Assembly: GCA_035327665.1 (NCBI GenBank)
Contig: DAOLCW010000006.1
Location: 165-64,164, forward strand
Length of the DNA stretch: 64,000 nt
Direction of reading: 5' to 3'
Origin: Kiritimatiellia bacterium
GTDB taxonomy: Bacteria > Verrucomicrobiota > Kiritimatiellia > CAIVKH01
The first letter of the stretch is position 1. Each line of letters begins with the position of its first letter. The notes under the pieces were generated by a model that was given only the letters and a program-made list of their open reading frames with translations, did not search any database and had not been told where the DNA came from. Positions 37,101-52,100 of this stretch are shown piece by piece. Made by a program: the position numbers and the translations under genes.

Positions 37101-40100
37101 TACCTGGGCGCGGTCTTCGGCATTTTCAAGCCCCGGAGTGGTCACCGTATTTGGCGTATACGGCGATCCACTGCGTTTCCCAGGATCATAGCTCACCAGG
37201 GTGGCGGTCATGCTGTGCAACTCTTGATAGAGAAGATCTATTGGGAAAATGGCGGAAACCTTGCTTTGCTGGAGGCTCCACAACTGAGATCGCAGGATCA
37301 TTCCCAGTGAGTCAATCGCGGCCAAATACATATCTAGCCCCGCGACTTTTTGTCCGGCGCCAAGGTGCCGCAACAACTGATAATCATTAAGGTCTTCCGG
37401 GAGGTTGTTGTGCATCGCGATGTATTCCATAAGACGACGGTAGTATTCGCGCGAATCAACAGAAGCATATTCGAGCTGTTTGCGAATTTCCTCCGTAGTT
37501 GGCGGCGTAGCATTGTTTAAGGTCGCCTGGGCGAGTCGTCCCAGGTTCTCCGTGAGATTCTCTTGGATCTGCTTCTGCGCGTGGAGGAGATCAACCATCG
37601 CGAGCAATTCCGAGTTCAATTTCACAACCGAATCGCCAACACTGGCAAAGCCAAGAAGATCGATCGATTTCAACGCGTCGTAATAACTCATGTCACCGCC
37701 ACCACTCGGATTGTTCATCTCCTCGCCATACTTGTTGGCGATTTCGCGACGTGCTTGCTCGGTGGCTTTTTCCAACAAAGAGAGCACTTTGTTCTCTTCA
37801 TCGTAGAATTCGGTTATGTCTTTGGCAAATGAGTGGATACCGAACACAAGGTCCTTGATCGAATAGATCACCGAAATCATCTGGTTGACGGTTTCCGTGA
37901 CGATTTGTAATTGGCCGAGATAGGCCATTTCATGAATGATGTCTTCGGTTTCCGAGTAGATTTGCGCAAGGTGCCAGAATTCGTTTTCAACCTTGTTTTC
38001 AAGGGCGCGGATCAAGTCGTCTACCAGATCCAGCAGTTCGGCAATGGTGTGTTCGGTGCGAAATTCGTGGGTAACCGGGGCCTGAATCCATTCACCCTGC
38101 TCCCCGAGCATCATCGGACTGAATGTCTTGATCTGGCTGAGCACCTCGGTGGCGTGCAGATCGCTGCTGAAGGTGAGATTCCAGGTAAACTCCGCAGTTT
38201 CGTTTGGAGCCAGCACGTCAACCGTTCGCGAGGAGCTTGTGGCGGTATCGCTGATCACGGCATCCCGCATCGCGGGAAGTTCTATCTTCACGTTGTACGC
38301 ATTTCCTTGCCCGCTGTTGGTGACGCGGGCGGTGAGCGTACCGCTGCGGTTTCCGGTTTGTTTAAACGAATAACTGATCTGAATGGAGGGTGACGGCTGC
38401 ACGACGAACCCAACGTTCTGCTCATAGGGAATCCGTGCGTTGCCAAAAAGGGTGACGCCTTCAATGCGCGCGGTGTAAGGCGTCCCGCCGGATGTTCCGT
38501 CGGCGAGTGAGGGGTCGTTCACCAGCACCTTCCAAGCCGACCGCCGCGACTGCATGGCCGGAATGGCCTCTGCAGTGATATCGGACTGCTGCTGGATGCG
38601 GAAACGATGAGTCACCTCCACGCCGTTCGCATCATAGATCCGCAGGATACAGCTTTCCACCTGCAACGCCTGATCCGGCATCTGGTTGCGCACGGCGCTT
38701 TCCAGGATGAAGGACTGGCCGGCGGCGAGTACCTTTTGGCTGATCGAAGCCATCAGTCCGGCCTCTTCGGTTCCGTCGATTGCCGCCGCATTTTCCCGAT
38801 CCAAGCCGAGCCAGAGCGGGAGCGTATCCATGCCGACCGGGCAGCGGCGACCCATCCAATCGGTATAAAAGACGTATTCGTACGGTACACCGTTCTGCCT
38901 GTCGAAGGTGTCGGCAAGGCGTATCCGGATGTGATAGTTTGCCTCGAAGCCTTGCAACGTGAAGATGTGGATGATCCCGTCGAGAACCAAGTCTTTTCCG
39001 GCCTGTGCCTGCAGGGCCAGCAATCCGTTCACATCCAGATCCCAATTGATCACGGTGGTGGCGCGCGGAGCCATCATGAGGTGCAGCAGGTTGCCCTCAA
39101 TAAATGTGTTGCGAATGTGGATGTAGGGGGCCAGCTCGCCCTTCAAGACCAGCGCGACACCGATCAGGTACTCATCGCTATCGTTCGAGAAGGAGAACTG
39201 TCCGCGCTGGTTGAAGCGATCAAACTCCGGCACTAGCTCATCCATTTCCGCTGGCACCCCTGCCCCACCGAGAATCAGGGCAAACTCGCGCCCTGGGCGG
39301 TAAAGCCTCAGCGGATTTACCGCATTGCCTTCCAGCACCAGATTCAGACGGGCTTCGCCATAGCTTTCAAGCTCCTGTGAAGCCGTCCTCTGCAGTGTGA
39401 TGCCGAACGGTTCAACCCTCACAACAATGTCGTGTGTTTCGGTTTCTCCAGTTACGAAGAAGCTTCCTTCCAAGCCACTGTAGGGATAGGCGCTGCCGAT
39501 CAGTACGTTGTAGGCGCAACGGCCTGGTGGCAGATTCATCATTACCGTTCCCTTCGCGACGGTGGTGGTTCCAGTGCGCTCCACACCTCCGGAGCGGAAC
39601 AGGATGCGCTGTCCAGGCAGCGGATTCTCAAATTGATCCACCAGGCGGCAAAGGACATAATATTCGTGGGCGGGCGATTTCAACCGCAGCTCCAGCGGCT
39701 GTTCGGCACGATAGCCTTCGCCGGATTCGGCCGTGAGCTTCATCGGATACGTCGCTCCGCTTACCGATGATCTGAAGGTTTCCAGTTCGAGGCGGGCCAC
39801 CGCCGCCTGCCCGGGGGCAATATTTCCAAGTTTGCTGGGCGTGATGACGATCCATGGGTAATTGGTGCATACCAGCTCAACGTTGGTCAGCACCTCATCG
39901 GTATGGTTCGTAACCACCACATCGATGAGCACCTTGCGTTCGGCGCCAACGGTCAAACTATCCGTGTACGCCTCTTTCGGAATCGTGTGATCCAACATCG
40001 TCCCGTTAAAGATCAGGGCATCCTGCAACTCGATACCCAGCGTCTTGCGCTCAGTCGCAGAGAAGACGAACCAGGCCGACGTGGTCAGGTTGCTTTCCCC

Positions 40101-43100
40101 GATGCGGCAGGCCATACGGGCTTCAACCAACAGGTGGCCGCAAACCTGCGTGCTTGTGACCGTTCCGCTGAAAATACGGGTCTCGCCATCGGGGATCAAT
40201 CCGGACGGAACAACGGCATCCAGATTCGCCACAACGCCATCCGCACCCATTCCTTCCGGATCGGGTATGAAAGCGACACTCTCGATCTGCACGTCGGCTC
40301 CCACCGCTTCAACGGTCAGGCTGAAGGGCGCCGCTTCGTTCAAATGCCCTGCGATCACCATTGGCGAAACCAGGCTCTCCAGTCCAAACACCATGGCGGT
40401 CTGACTGCTGGAGCGGAAGATCATCCCCAGAAGATCCGCGCCAACCGCCTGCGCGGAGATGCCCAGCTCACCGGCCAGCGCTTTCGTGGCCTGTAGCGTC
40501 ACCTCGAAATTCCCTGACGCATCGGTAATCGCCGGTAGGAAAATCGGCTCGTTGGTACTGACCGGTTCGACACGGACAAACACCGAGCGGGAGCTTTGCC
40601 CCTGTCCCCCAATCGTTGAAACACGACCGGTGATGGCGAAGGCTTCACCCAGAAGAACCCGTTCCGGCGCTGCGCATTCAACCACCAGTTCTTCGACCAG
40701 AACCAGCGACCGGGATGCGGAAACATACGTTTTCCCGTCACCACGCGCCACCGCCTGGACCCCATACTTGCCCGCGTCAATCCCGGCCGTGGGGAGCATT
40801 GCGCTCCACCCGTTATCAAAGGCCCCCGAGACAATCTGCATATCCGTCCCGTTGGCATCGCGCATCACCACGGAGACCGCAACATTCGCGGCCGGCACGC
40901 GCTGCATGGTTTTGGTATCAAGGACATCAATGACAACCTCAACCACATCGCCGGGCAGGCTCACGGTTTTGTCGAGGTCCATGACCACCTTCAGGCCCTG
41001 TTCAATGAGAACCGACGCTTCATAGCTGTTATTGGTTTCATCGCTTTCATCGATTTCATCCAGCGTATCGACTTCGACACGAAGGGTCACCGTATTGCCC
41101 GCCATGGTTTCGTCGGCCACCCAGACCGGATTCCACCAAAACGTTTGTCCCGGAAGCAGCAGCAGATTGAATCGTTCAACCGCAACCGGTTGTTCATCGG
41201 CAAAGAGCCTCGCGTTGAACGGTTTGCTGATCCTTCCGAGGCCTCGATTGGCGATATTGATGCCCAGGCGCGTCTCCACGCCCGCGCTCGCAGCCGGCGG
41301 AACAACAACCTGGCGGACCGTCAGATCGCCCTGGGTGATACTGAAGGTTTTTTTCACAAGCAGCACATTGTCGGAGACATCGGTTTCGTACCAGAGTCGG
41401 CCGGGATCGAGGGACACCTTGATGTCATGGGTCCCCGGCCACGGATCGTTCCATGTCAGCAATGCGGCGGTGAAGTGGCCGGCCGCGATCGGGGCGACCG
41501 CGCGGCGGGCGACCGTCTGCCCGTTGACGGTCATGACCACCTCGGAACCAAACGGCAGGCTCACGGCCGAGTGGTTGAAGATCGAGGCCGTCACCAGCAC
41601 CGGAACACCGGAAGCCAACTGGCCATTTTCCGGTTCGAACGTGAGTTGCTGCAACACCAGGTTGGGCAAGATGAGATTGAGATTGTTTTTGTTGACGGTG
41701 AGCGCCGCGCGATTGTTGTTTTCATTGCTTTCGCGAATATGGCTATGCGGCCAGTCGGCGATCACCTCGACAAGGTGCTCACCCGGCGTCGGCACCCAGG
41801 TAAACGAGACCGTTTCCGTGGCGTTGGTTTCCAGTTGATCCAGCGCGCTGTGGCCAAGGTATATTCCGTCCACATACGCACTGATGCGGAACGGTTTGTC
41901 GGCATTGATGTCGCCCCGGTTTCCGATGTCGGCCAAAACCTGAATCGGTCGACCCCAGTTGACCGGCTCGCCGGGAGCCACACTGAGGCGAACATTTTCA
42001 GCGACCAAATCGGCGAATACCACCTGATCTGCAAAGATCGCCAGGGTATCCACGTTGTTCCATTCGTTTGCTTCATTGACCCGGCTTCCCATATCGTCAA
42101 GGACCACCGTCAGGAACGGCTCAGACATGGAAGCGATATAATCAAAACTGATCGTCCCGGTCTGCCCGGCGGGCAGACCGCCTGTGACCAGCCGGGTATC
42201 AACCAGTTTTTCCCCCGCGTAGAGACTGACATAGAATTTGGCATCCGGCGGCAAGTCTTCGGCCGCGTTGCCGATCCCCACCGAGACGGTCAGCAACTGA
42301 CCATCCAGCACCTCCGCCTGGCCATGCCCGAAGGAGGCGACATAGAGATCGGGACGTGTCTCTTCAACCGTGACCAGCATCTTGTCCTCTTCCATCGCCC
42401 CGTCGTAGTCGGTGACCACCAGCAACACCTTATAGGTTCCCGAATCCGCAAATGTGTAGGACGGGACGGGACCGGCGATCCATTTTCCGCCGGTCTCCTT
42501 GCCGTCGACGTCCAGCCTGCGGTCGTCCATGTACCACTGGTAATTGACGACCACACCGTCCGGATCGTAACTGCGCGAACTGTTGAACCGAACCGGCTTG
42601 CCGAGTTTTACCGTCTGGTCCAAGCCCGCATCGGAAACCGGACGGGCGTTGATGCGGAATTGCCGTGAGGCATTGCCCTCGGTGCGCGTATCCAGGAAAC
42701 GTACTTCCAACGTATAAAGGCCATCCGTCGTTGTATCAAACACCAGTTCAACTGTCTGCGTGCGATAGGAACGCAATTCCTCGACTTGGGCCGTGGCCAC
42801 CAGGGTTTCCCCCCCCTGCGCGTCGATCAGATAAACGCCGATGTCCCCGGACTCGGGACTAACGCCGCGATTATACAACTCAATCCGCACCCCGCCTTCA
42901 TCGCCGGCGATAATCGGGAGCGGGCTGTTATACAGCGGCACCTTGTTTGCAATTGATCCAAGTCCATACTCGATCACACCGAAGCCATCATCGTCACGGT
43001 AATCCTCCCACCAGTGCGTTTGTGCGTATCTTCCCAGAGTCTTATCATCCGCATTGGCCATCAGGGTGTTAAACACGAAGGTCCCGATTTCCAGTTTGCG

Positions 43101-46100
43101 GATTTCGAGTGCGGACTGGTAGTCAATCACATACGTAACCGGCATGCCTACGGGCTGTCCGTTGACGATTTGACCGATACGGTCAACGATGTAGAGGATT
43201 TCGCCATCGCGCCAGAAATTGTTTCCGGAGAGTTGGTGAATAGCGCCGGATCCATCGAGGTGATGCCGCTGAATGCCGCGGATATTGATCGAGACCAGCG
43301 GATCGTTGAGCACCATGCAGACAAACCCGTTGGTGGCGGGAATGGTGAAGGTCATCTGCGGCGCTTCGATCGTCGGCGCCTGCGTCACCTGGAGTTCGTC
43401 CGGGACGATAATGTCCTGTCGCAGTCCGGTATGGAGATTGATCAGATAATCTGGAATTCCATTGTCGTCCCGGTCAATCAGGCTGAACGAATTGTTCGGA
43501 TCAATCTCGTCGGCAAAGAGGAAATCGCCCAGGATAATCTCGGTGTGCACCGCGGTAATGAGCGGATTGAGCTGCACGCCCTTGAACGGCAGATGCACCA
43601 GCTCCGCGGTGAATTCGGTTACTGTGGCATCGAGATTGCATCGCGTAATCCAGTATCCGCGAGCCCATCCGAGTGCGGCAACATCGCCGAACTCAACCGC
43701 CCACTCCTTGGTTTCAACATTTCCCGCGCCAAAGCTGCTGCCGACGATTTCCATTTGGAGCGGGACCCCGCTTTCATTCTCGGTAATCTTGGGCTGGCCG
43801 GATTTGATTCGGAAGTTTTTGGCTTCACCGAAGCCGTGGTTTTCGACAAAGACGCCCAACCGGAACGGGGTGTTGGCCAGAATCTTCTCCGGCAGGTAGT
43901 AGAACAGCTCCAGCAAGGGCTGCGGATGAACCGTGATCTCTTCGCTGTGGGTGTTGAACTCCCTGAACTGCCCCGCCTGCGAATAGGTGGCTGCCGCTTC
44001 AACATAATATTTCTTTCCGGCCGGGTCTTCGCCGCCGAGACCTACGCCCGGCACCAGGATCCAGCTCGCGGTAAACTCGGTTCCCCCGGCCAGGGTCTGT
44101 GACCCGTCCGCCGCACTCAGCCCGCCGCTCAAACTGGGCTGTACAATATAGAATGCGCTGGTCACGTCGCGGTTCGCGGCATCGAACACGCGCGGAGCCA
44201 CACTGAAGCCGACGAGGTCGTCGCTGAGCCCGTTGCGGAAAGTCAGCACCGCCTCGAAGCCTTCGCGTTCAAGCGTGGCTTCCTGTGGAATCTGCAGTTT
44301 CACCGCCACAGAAACCCTGTCGGAATCCTCATCCTGAAGTTTAGGCAGTCCATCAAATTCCTGCTCCCCATCTCCAAAGTCTGGCATTTTCACCTTTTCA
44401 TCCTGGAAGCCGGGAACGCGAATCGTCGCGGTACGATCCGCGGCCGGATTGTAGATCGGTACCTGATTGGTGACCCCGAAATCGGCAAATTCACCGGTCT
44501 TTTGATCAAGTGCCCGATACGTTCCGGTCAGCTTGAACCTGCTGCCGCCTTTCAAGTCTTCATACGTGCCGGGGGCAATATAATACGCAAGCTGGACTGA
44601 TTCGCCGGCCTCGATGATGCCAATATCACCGCCCCCCGCCAGTGAAAGGCTGTTGATCAATTTGGGGTCACCGATCACCTCCACGCGTACATTGCGCAAC
44701 GCAAGATCGCCCTGATTTACAAAGATCAGGCGGTCGCTGTAGCCCTGCTCAACCGTCTGGGCAATCGTTGCCCACGGCGGCAGGGAAACGATCGACGGCT
44801 TGTTGAGGTTGTCGATGCGCAGGGAGATGTCCAGAATGATCTCATACCGGTCTTCGATGGTGATTGGCGTAACCGACCACGTATAGGTGATCGGCGTAGC
44901 GGTAAGTGTTTCGCTGATCAGAACCGGCAGGCTGGACGGCATGATCTCCACCTCGCCCTTCACCGATTCATGGCCGCTGCTGTTGATCGAATAGGTGTAG
45001 GCGCCGGTCGGGATGTCTTCAAACATGACCCGCCCCGCCGCATCGGTGCGGTCAATAAACACCTCATAGCGTTGACCGGCGGTGGAACCGTCCGGATTGA
45101 TGACCGGCGTGGTTTCCTTGCTGATTAGACGAACCTCGGCACGTTCGATCAGGCGGCCGGCATCGTTGCCAACGGTAAAACTGACACCGCCCCGCGTTGC
45201 GCTGGTCAACTCGATCTCGATGCCCATTCGGAAGGAGATGTTGTTTTCGTCGGACAGCGTGATGTAGTCGCGGTAGAGTCCCAACCCGGTGGCCGCATAA
45301 GGCTGGACAACCACTTCGAGTTCGAGGGCGGCCCCCGGCTCAAGATTCCGGATCCCCGAATAGTTCACGGTGACCCACGGCAGGTTCGGCGCTCCACTGA
45401 CCGTAAAGTTCTTCAGCGTGCCCAGCCCTCGGTTGGTGGCGGTAACCCGCCGGAACAGGGTATCGCCGGGGTTCATTCCGAGCTTGAGCATGCTTTCGCT
45501 GAAGCGGATCGACGGCCCGCTGTCGAGCAGCGTCACGTTCAGGTCATACGTCCGCTCGATACCCTCGTTACAACTGAACGACAGCCGGAATTGCCCCGCA
45601 TCATCGGCCACTTCCTCTGCTTCAAGCACGACGGTTAGCTGAACCGCCTGACCCGCGCTCAGCACCGAGGGCACGCTTGAAACAAGACGCGCCTCGATCC
45701 CGTTCGCGGCCACCACCTCGCTCAAGTCCACCCGCACATTGGTCAGCGCGCGGATCGAACTGTTTCTCAGGGTGACGGTTTTCGAGTGGGTATAGTTTTT
45801 CGGCATCGTGATATTCGCGCCGGGCGAGTCAAAGCCTGCGTTGAGAATCTCGAAATTGCAGGTGCCGGAGGCCGCCACCACGGAACTGATCAGATAGCCG
45901 GTAACCGTGTACATGCCGGACTGACCGCGCAGGGTGCGGTGCAGATAGGTGAATTCGCCGGTCGGACTTGTTTTCACTTTCGCGGTGGTGACATCGCTGG
46001 CCATATTCGCCAATGCGGCCAGCGCCGGGTTGGCCATGTCTCCAAAGCCGTCCTCCCCCTCAAAGATGGCGAGCAGAAGGGTCTCATCGGCAATGGGAAG

Positions 46101-49100
46101 GCCTTGCAGATCCAGAACGCGTCCGCTTATGACAAGTCGTTCTCCGGCCAGGACCCGCGGGGAACTGGGTTCCATGTGAATCGTGCAGTCTTGAATCACC
46201 ATAAACGGCAGCGTCTGCGAGCGCGAAAGCGCACCGTCGTTATAGGTGATACGAACACTGTAGTTGCCCGTTTCATTAAACGACGCCAGCGGCAATTCGA
46301 GATTGAACCGCGACGCAAGCAGGTCGTAGAGCATGGGCACGTCATCATACAAGGTCTCGGGATCCGGGTAATAAGGCAGCTCGCCAGGCTGGATCACCAC
46401 CCCCGGTGTATAAATCAACGAAAGGGTCATCGTTTGTCCGGCGCTGGTATCCAGCCAGGCCTTCGGCGCCGAGGCATAGCTCGCCCGGGCGCTGACACGG
46501 CAGGTTTCCGAAGAGATATAAATGGGAATCCCGAACACCTCGTCAGCTTCACGATCCAGTTTTGCATCCACAATCAGGCCGTCTTGAATGGAAAGTTGAA
46601 TCGCCGCCGTCGCAATATTGTTTGCCTCATTCTCTTCGGGAATCACATTTTCCGGGTCCACCTGGACCGCGAGGGTATGCGACACCGTCGGGTCGACATC
46701 CACGTTCTTCCACATCAAGCCGGTTTGCACCGTTTCATAACCCCGGATCGAACCGATTTCCAGCTTGCTGACCTGCCTGCCGTTGACCAGCAGGATCACC
46801 GAGCTGCGAGCATAACTGGAGACTAGCGAAAGGTTCGAAAGATTAAAGGTCACGATCAACGAATCCCCATATTTTACCGGTCCGCCGTGTTGGGTAAACC
46901 AGGAGACATTGCCGACGGTCAGATCGCTATACAAGATCCGGATCTCTTTCGTGGTGTGGCGTTGTTCATTGTTGGAATAGTCGGATTCTGCAATCGTCTG
47001 ATTCTCGTTGACGACCACACGGATTTCATGAACCCCCTCCGTAGCCAACACCTGGAAGGCGACGGTTTTCGACGCGCCGGGAGCCAGATGGCGTATCTCG
47101 CGGGTACCGACCCGGCGTCCGTTCACATAGAAATCAACCGGGGCGGTTTGAAGCAGCCCGACCGCAGAAAGGTTTTTCACGGTCGCGCTCATATCGATCC
47201 AGCTTCCGTGCGCCATTTCCTCCTCATCGGGTTGAACCGTCAGTTCTAGCTGCAAATCCGGGTGTTCGACGGTCAGGTCGCCCAGCTCCAGGGTATAGCT
47301 GTTGTTCGTCTCATCGCTCTCCACAATCAGCGAAACCGGGCCATCCACCATGGCGGTCAGGGTATTGGTGCCATTCACCGGCATGACATCAAACGTAGTG
47401 GTCAGCGTTCCCGAGGCGGCCAGATCCGGCAGCGGTTTGCGGGAGATCATCTTGCCATTCTGATACAGCGCAACAAAGATTTTTTCGGCATCCGCCGTTC
47501 CGGCATTTTGCACGGTAAGGGTCGCTTTCAGCGCCTCTTGACTGGTGATGACCGCCGGCACGGGGCAAGTCATCTCCGCAATCAGCAGATCGGGAAAATG
47601 AATCTGCTGGAATGTCATGTGAACCTGGTTGTCGTTGTTCACTTCCGAGAGTTCGTTCACCGCGTTGATCAGATCGTCGGCCACCACTTTTACCGTATGC
47701 AGCCCCTTGAGCGCCGTCCACCGGAAGGTCACGTCCACCGCGTCGCCGGCCGCGATCCGGTCATGAACAATCACATAGCCATGATAAACGCCGCTGATGT
47801 AATAGGTGGCAAAGAACGCATTCCGGGTCGGGCCGTTCCCTTGGTTGCGGATTGTGGCGATAATGGTAATTTCGTCCCCCTCTTCCGGCTCCCCGGGCAT
47901 CCAGGTGATCTTTTCAACGATCAAATCGGCACGGGTATCGGCCACGGTCACCAGGATCGAATCCGTCGAAGAAACACCCCGGTCATCCGTAACCGTCAAC
48001 GTCACGGTATGGACCCCGACCGCTTCATAGCGGTGAACCACATTCATGCCGCGCTTGGTCTTGCCGTCGCCTAAGGTCCAGAGATATTCCATGATGCGGC
48101 CATCCGCATCGCTGCTGCCCGAACCGTCAAAAGCCAGTTCCTCATACCAGTCCACTGAGCGGTCGCTACCGGCCATGGCCACCGGGGGATGGTTTACCAG
48201 CACTTCACGCGAGAGCTCGTTGTCACCGGGAGTCGGATCCAACGCCGGCGCAACGACCACCGCCACCGCACGGATGGTCTGCGACCCGCCGTTTTGGGGA
48301 ATCCACGGACATCTCACATCCGCCGAGGCCAGTCCATTCAACCAGAGATGCTGGATGCCGACTTGCTCTTCGGCCCCACCATTCGAAACATAAAAGCGAA
48401 CCGTAACCTGCGCACGCGCCGGTCCCCGGTTGAGCACCCGGGCAACGATATGGCCCAGCCGGCCCTGCGCCGGCGTACGTGGATCGAATACGAGCGACTG
48501 GATGGTCAGGTCGGCTCGCGTGGTTGTTGCGAGTTCACTGATGTCGGACAACGGTGATTCATTGCCGGCCAGATCCACCGCGGAAACGGCGAATTGATAG
48601 GCTTGATCGCTCTGCAGCGACTCAACGGTGAAGGACTCGGAGGAGGAGGAACCGGCCGGTTGCCATCCGCTTTCACCGGACACCCGCCGGTATATCCGGT
48701 AGTGCGCCAAGTCGCTCTCGCCATTGGCCGACCAGCTCAACTGGATGGAACTGCCGGTCTGCGGGTCGGTTGCGCTCAATCCCTGCGGTGCGGCGGGTGC
48801 CTCGGTGTCGCGGACGAGGATAAAGGTGGTTTCCAGGCTGTTATTCGAACGGTCTTCCGCCCGCGCCCGGATTTCAATCTCTCCATCCGGCAGCCCGTCG
48901 GGATTCCACGTTTGCTGGATCCTCCAGTGCCTCTGTTCGGCCTGCCAAAGGGCCTGCGGCGTGCCGCTGCATTCGAGCCAGTTCGCATTGCCAACCAGGC
49001 GATACCAGAAGGCTCCGGTGGCAATCGCGTCATTATCCTTGGCCAGCAAGGCCAGGTTGATGGCTCCGCTATGGCGCGACCACGCCTGCGGCATCACGCC

Positions 49101-52100
49101 CACCAGGATCGGAGCGGTGGTATCGCTCAACGTCGTCACCGCCGGGCTGTCGGATGGAGCGCCGAATTGACCAAGCATATCCTCGGCCTCCACACGGTAC
49201 GCGTAAAGCACGTCCGGTTGCAGGTTCATATCCACATACAGCGTGGAGGTCAGGCGTTCCTTCAGAACCGTGAACGCCCCGCCGTTGACCTGGCGCGAAA
49301 GGCGGTAGCCGACCAGATCGGAATCGCCCGGCGAATTCCAGGCCACCGCCAGCGCCAGCTCGCGGCGTTGAATCGTGACCGCGCCCACCGATCCCGGCGG
49401 TTGGTGATCCACCAGGTAGGTCCGCACCAGCGAACTGCTCAGTCCCGCCGCGTCCCAGGCGGTCAGGCGAATCAGATAACGCCCGGTCGGCAGCTCGGTC
49501 ACATCCCAATCGCAGGACATGGCCGTCCCCTCGCAAAGGTTGGTCCAGATCAGGTCCGACAACGCATACGAACCGGCGGGCCTTTCGGTGAACTCATAGC
49601 GAACCAAGGTCACGCCCACATTGTCCCGGATGTCGGCCAACAAGTGGATGATCGCATTGTGCGCACTGTTTTCCGCCGGAGACAGACTGCGGATTTCCGG
49701 CGGCGACTGATCACCATTCGGCGTGACCGTCACCACATTGCTGTCGTCACTCACATTTCCGGCCACATCATAAGCCCGAACCACATAACTGTAGGACATA
49801 CCGGGCGACAACGGCCTGTCCGTATAGCTCGACTGCGAGTAAATGGTAGCGTTAAGCTGGACAAATGGCCCTTCCGGGGATGCTGCGCGGAAGATGCGAC
49901 AGAACGAATAGTCACTTTCGGCCGGCTTCGTCCAGTTCAGGACCGCACCGAACTCAATCGGTTGAGCGGAGAGAGTCACGGCCGCAGGCGGCGTATTATC
50001 CACCGTCACCCTGTGCGTGACCTGCTGAATATTTCCTTTCGTGTCCTCTGCGCTGAACCGGACCGCATACACGCCGTCGGCCAGCACCGTCGTATCCCAA
50101 CTGCCGGTCCCGGCCGCACCCTCATGCAGGGTGGTCCAGAAAAGTTCGTCCAGGGAAGATTCAATCTGATATCGGCTGATGCCGGAGATGTCGGTTGCCG
50201 CGACATGGAGCGCGAACACGCCCCGGATACGTTGTCCATTGCCCGGAACCAGACTGGTGAAGGTCGGAGGCAAGGTGTCCTGAATCGGGTCTAGGGAGAT
50301 TTGCACCACATTGTTCGTGCGGTTGATCTCGGAGATCTTGCCGTGCCGGTCGGCGACGATTTCGACCGAATGGGGTCCGGGGGTCGCCGTCCACTCGAGG
50401 ACGAGCGATTCGGTCCGGTTCCCAAACGGTCCACGGATGCGGTCCGAGGCCACCCAGGCGCCATCCACGTTCAAGTGCACATCCACATCCCGCGCTGTTG
50501 CGCCGCCGAGGTTGGTGACGTCAAAGAAGAACCGGACCTTTTCGCCCTCATTGATGGATTCCGGCAGCCAGCTCGCATGGGTCACCGCAATGTCCGGCAC
50601 AAGGATCTCCGCCAGCGTTTCACTCAGGCTGTTGTTGTCCTCGCGGCTCTCTTGGACCTGGTTCAGGTAATCCGCCCGCACCTCGATCGTATGGGTGCCG
50701 GGCACCGCCGTCCAGATCCGTTCCACCCAGGCATACTGGCCTTTCGGCAACGTGGAGGAGGAAATCCACTGGTTGCCGATAAAGTTCCCGTTCACATAGA
50801 ATCCTACATAGATACCCTGCAACAAATCGCCGCCACCGATGTTGTCGATGCGGGCGCGCAAACGCACCGCTGCGCCTTCCATCGGGGCAAGCGACGGCAG
50901 TTCAAGCTGCGTCACTGTCACATCCGGCCGGTCGAAGGTGTAAATGGTGAAGGACCGGCGGGCCTCCGATTCGCCATCACTGACCACGACGTCCATCGTA
51001 TACTCACCGGGGATCTGTGCCCCCGTCGGCGTCCACGTGAAATAGCCCGATGAGGTCATTGCCGCACCCGCAGGCACATTCCCTTCAAGGCGATAAGTCA
51101 GACTCTGCTGGAGGTCGCCGGCGGAAATATCCGGATCACTCCCAACCGCCTGGAACGACAGGGCCGTTTCCCCCTGAATGGTTCGGTCGGGAATCGCGTT
51201 CAGGGTCGGCGGCCGATTCACTTCCAGCACATCAATCGTCACCGTCTGGATGGCATGTCCCAGTCCGTCATCAAGCCGTACGCCGAAGGTATAACTCCCC
51301 GGACCCTGGCGCTCGCTCGGCGTCCAGGAAAAGAGACCGCTTTGCGGATGAATTGCCGCCCCGGCCGGCGCGGCCGTCAGCGAGAAGACCAACGGGTTGC
51401 CGGGGACGCCATCGGCACCCTGCGCGGGAAACTCAAAGAGAACCAACTCGTTGATTTCCGTCGGCAGGTCGGGCAGCGTGAGGGTGGGTGGCGTCCCATG
51501 GACCACAAACGTCCAGACGTTCGTCGGTTCCATCGGCACCCCATAGTTATCCCGGGCGCCTGAAACCGTCAGATCGTATTCGCCGTCGTCGGCCGGAACC
51601 AAGGTCAGTGGATCATAGCGATACGCGTCTTGTGTAGTATAAATGTTCAGCCACTGGCCCCCTTGGGTTGAAAGCACCCGCTCGGCGCTATCACTCCGAC
51701 GCCGCATCACCGCCAGCGGGATCTCTCCGGTGTCCATCGTACGGTCAAAGACGAGGGTCACCACTTGGGTATCGGTCGCGGGAACCGGGCTGTCAAATGT
51801 CCGCCTTACTTCCCGCACCGCCGGGCTCATGTCGTAGACCTGATATTCGGCCTGCACCAGCACCACCGCCGGATCGGCCCGCGTCAAGGTCCAGTTCCAG
51901 GTGGACTGGTTCGAAGCATGCGTCCCGTTGCGGGTAAACCTTTGGAAGACATAACGCTGATCGTCCTTGAGAATCATCGCCGGCGCGACGAAGGTCGCCG
52001 TCTGCCCGTTGGTCCAGGTCCCGGCCCCGGGAATCATCGCCAAACCGGGCGGCAGGGTCGCCGTCGTGACCTCATGCTCCTTGACGTCTTCCTCGAACAC

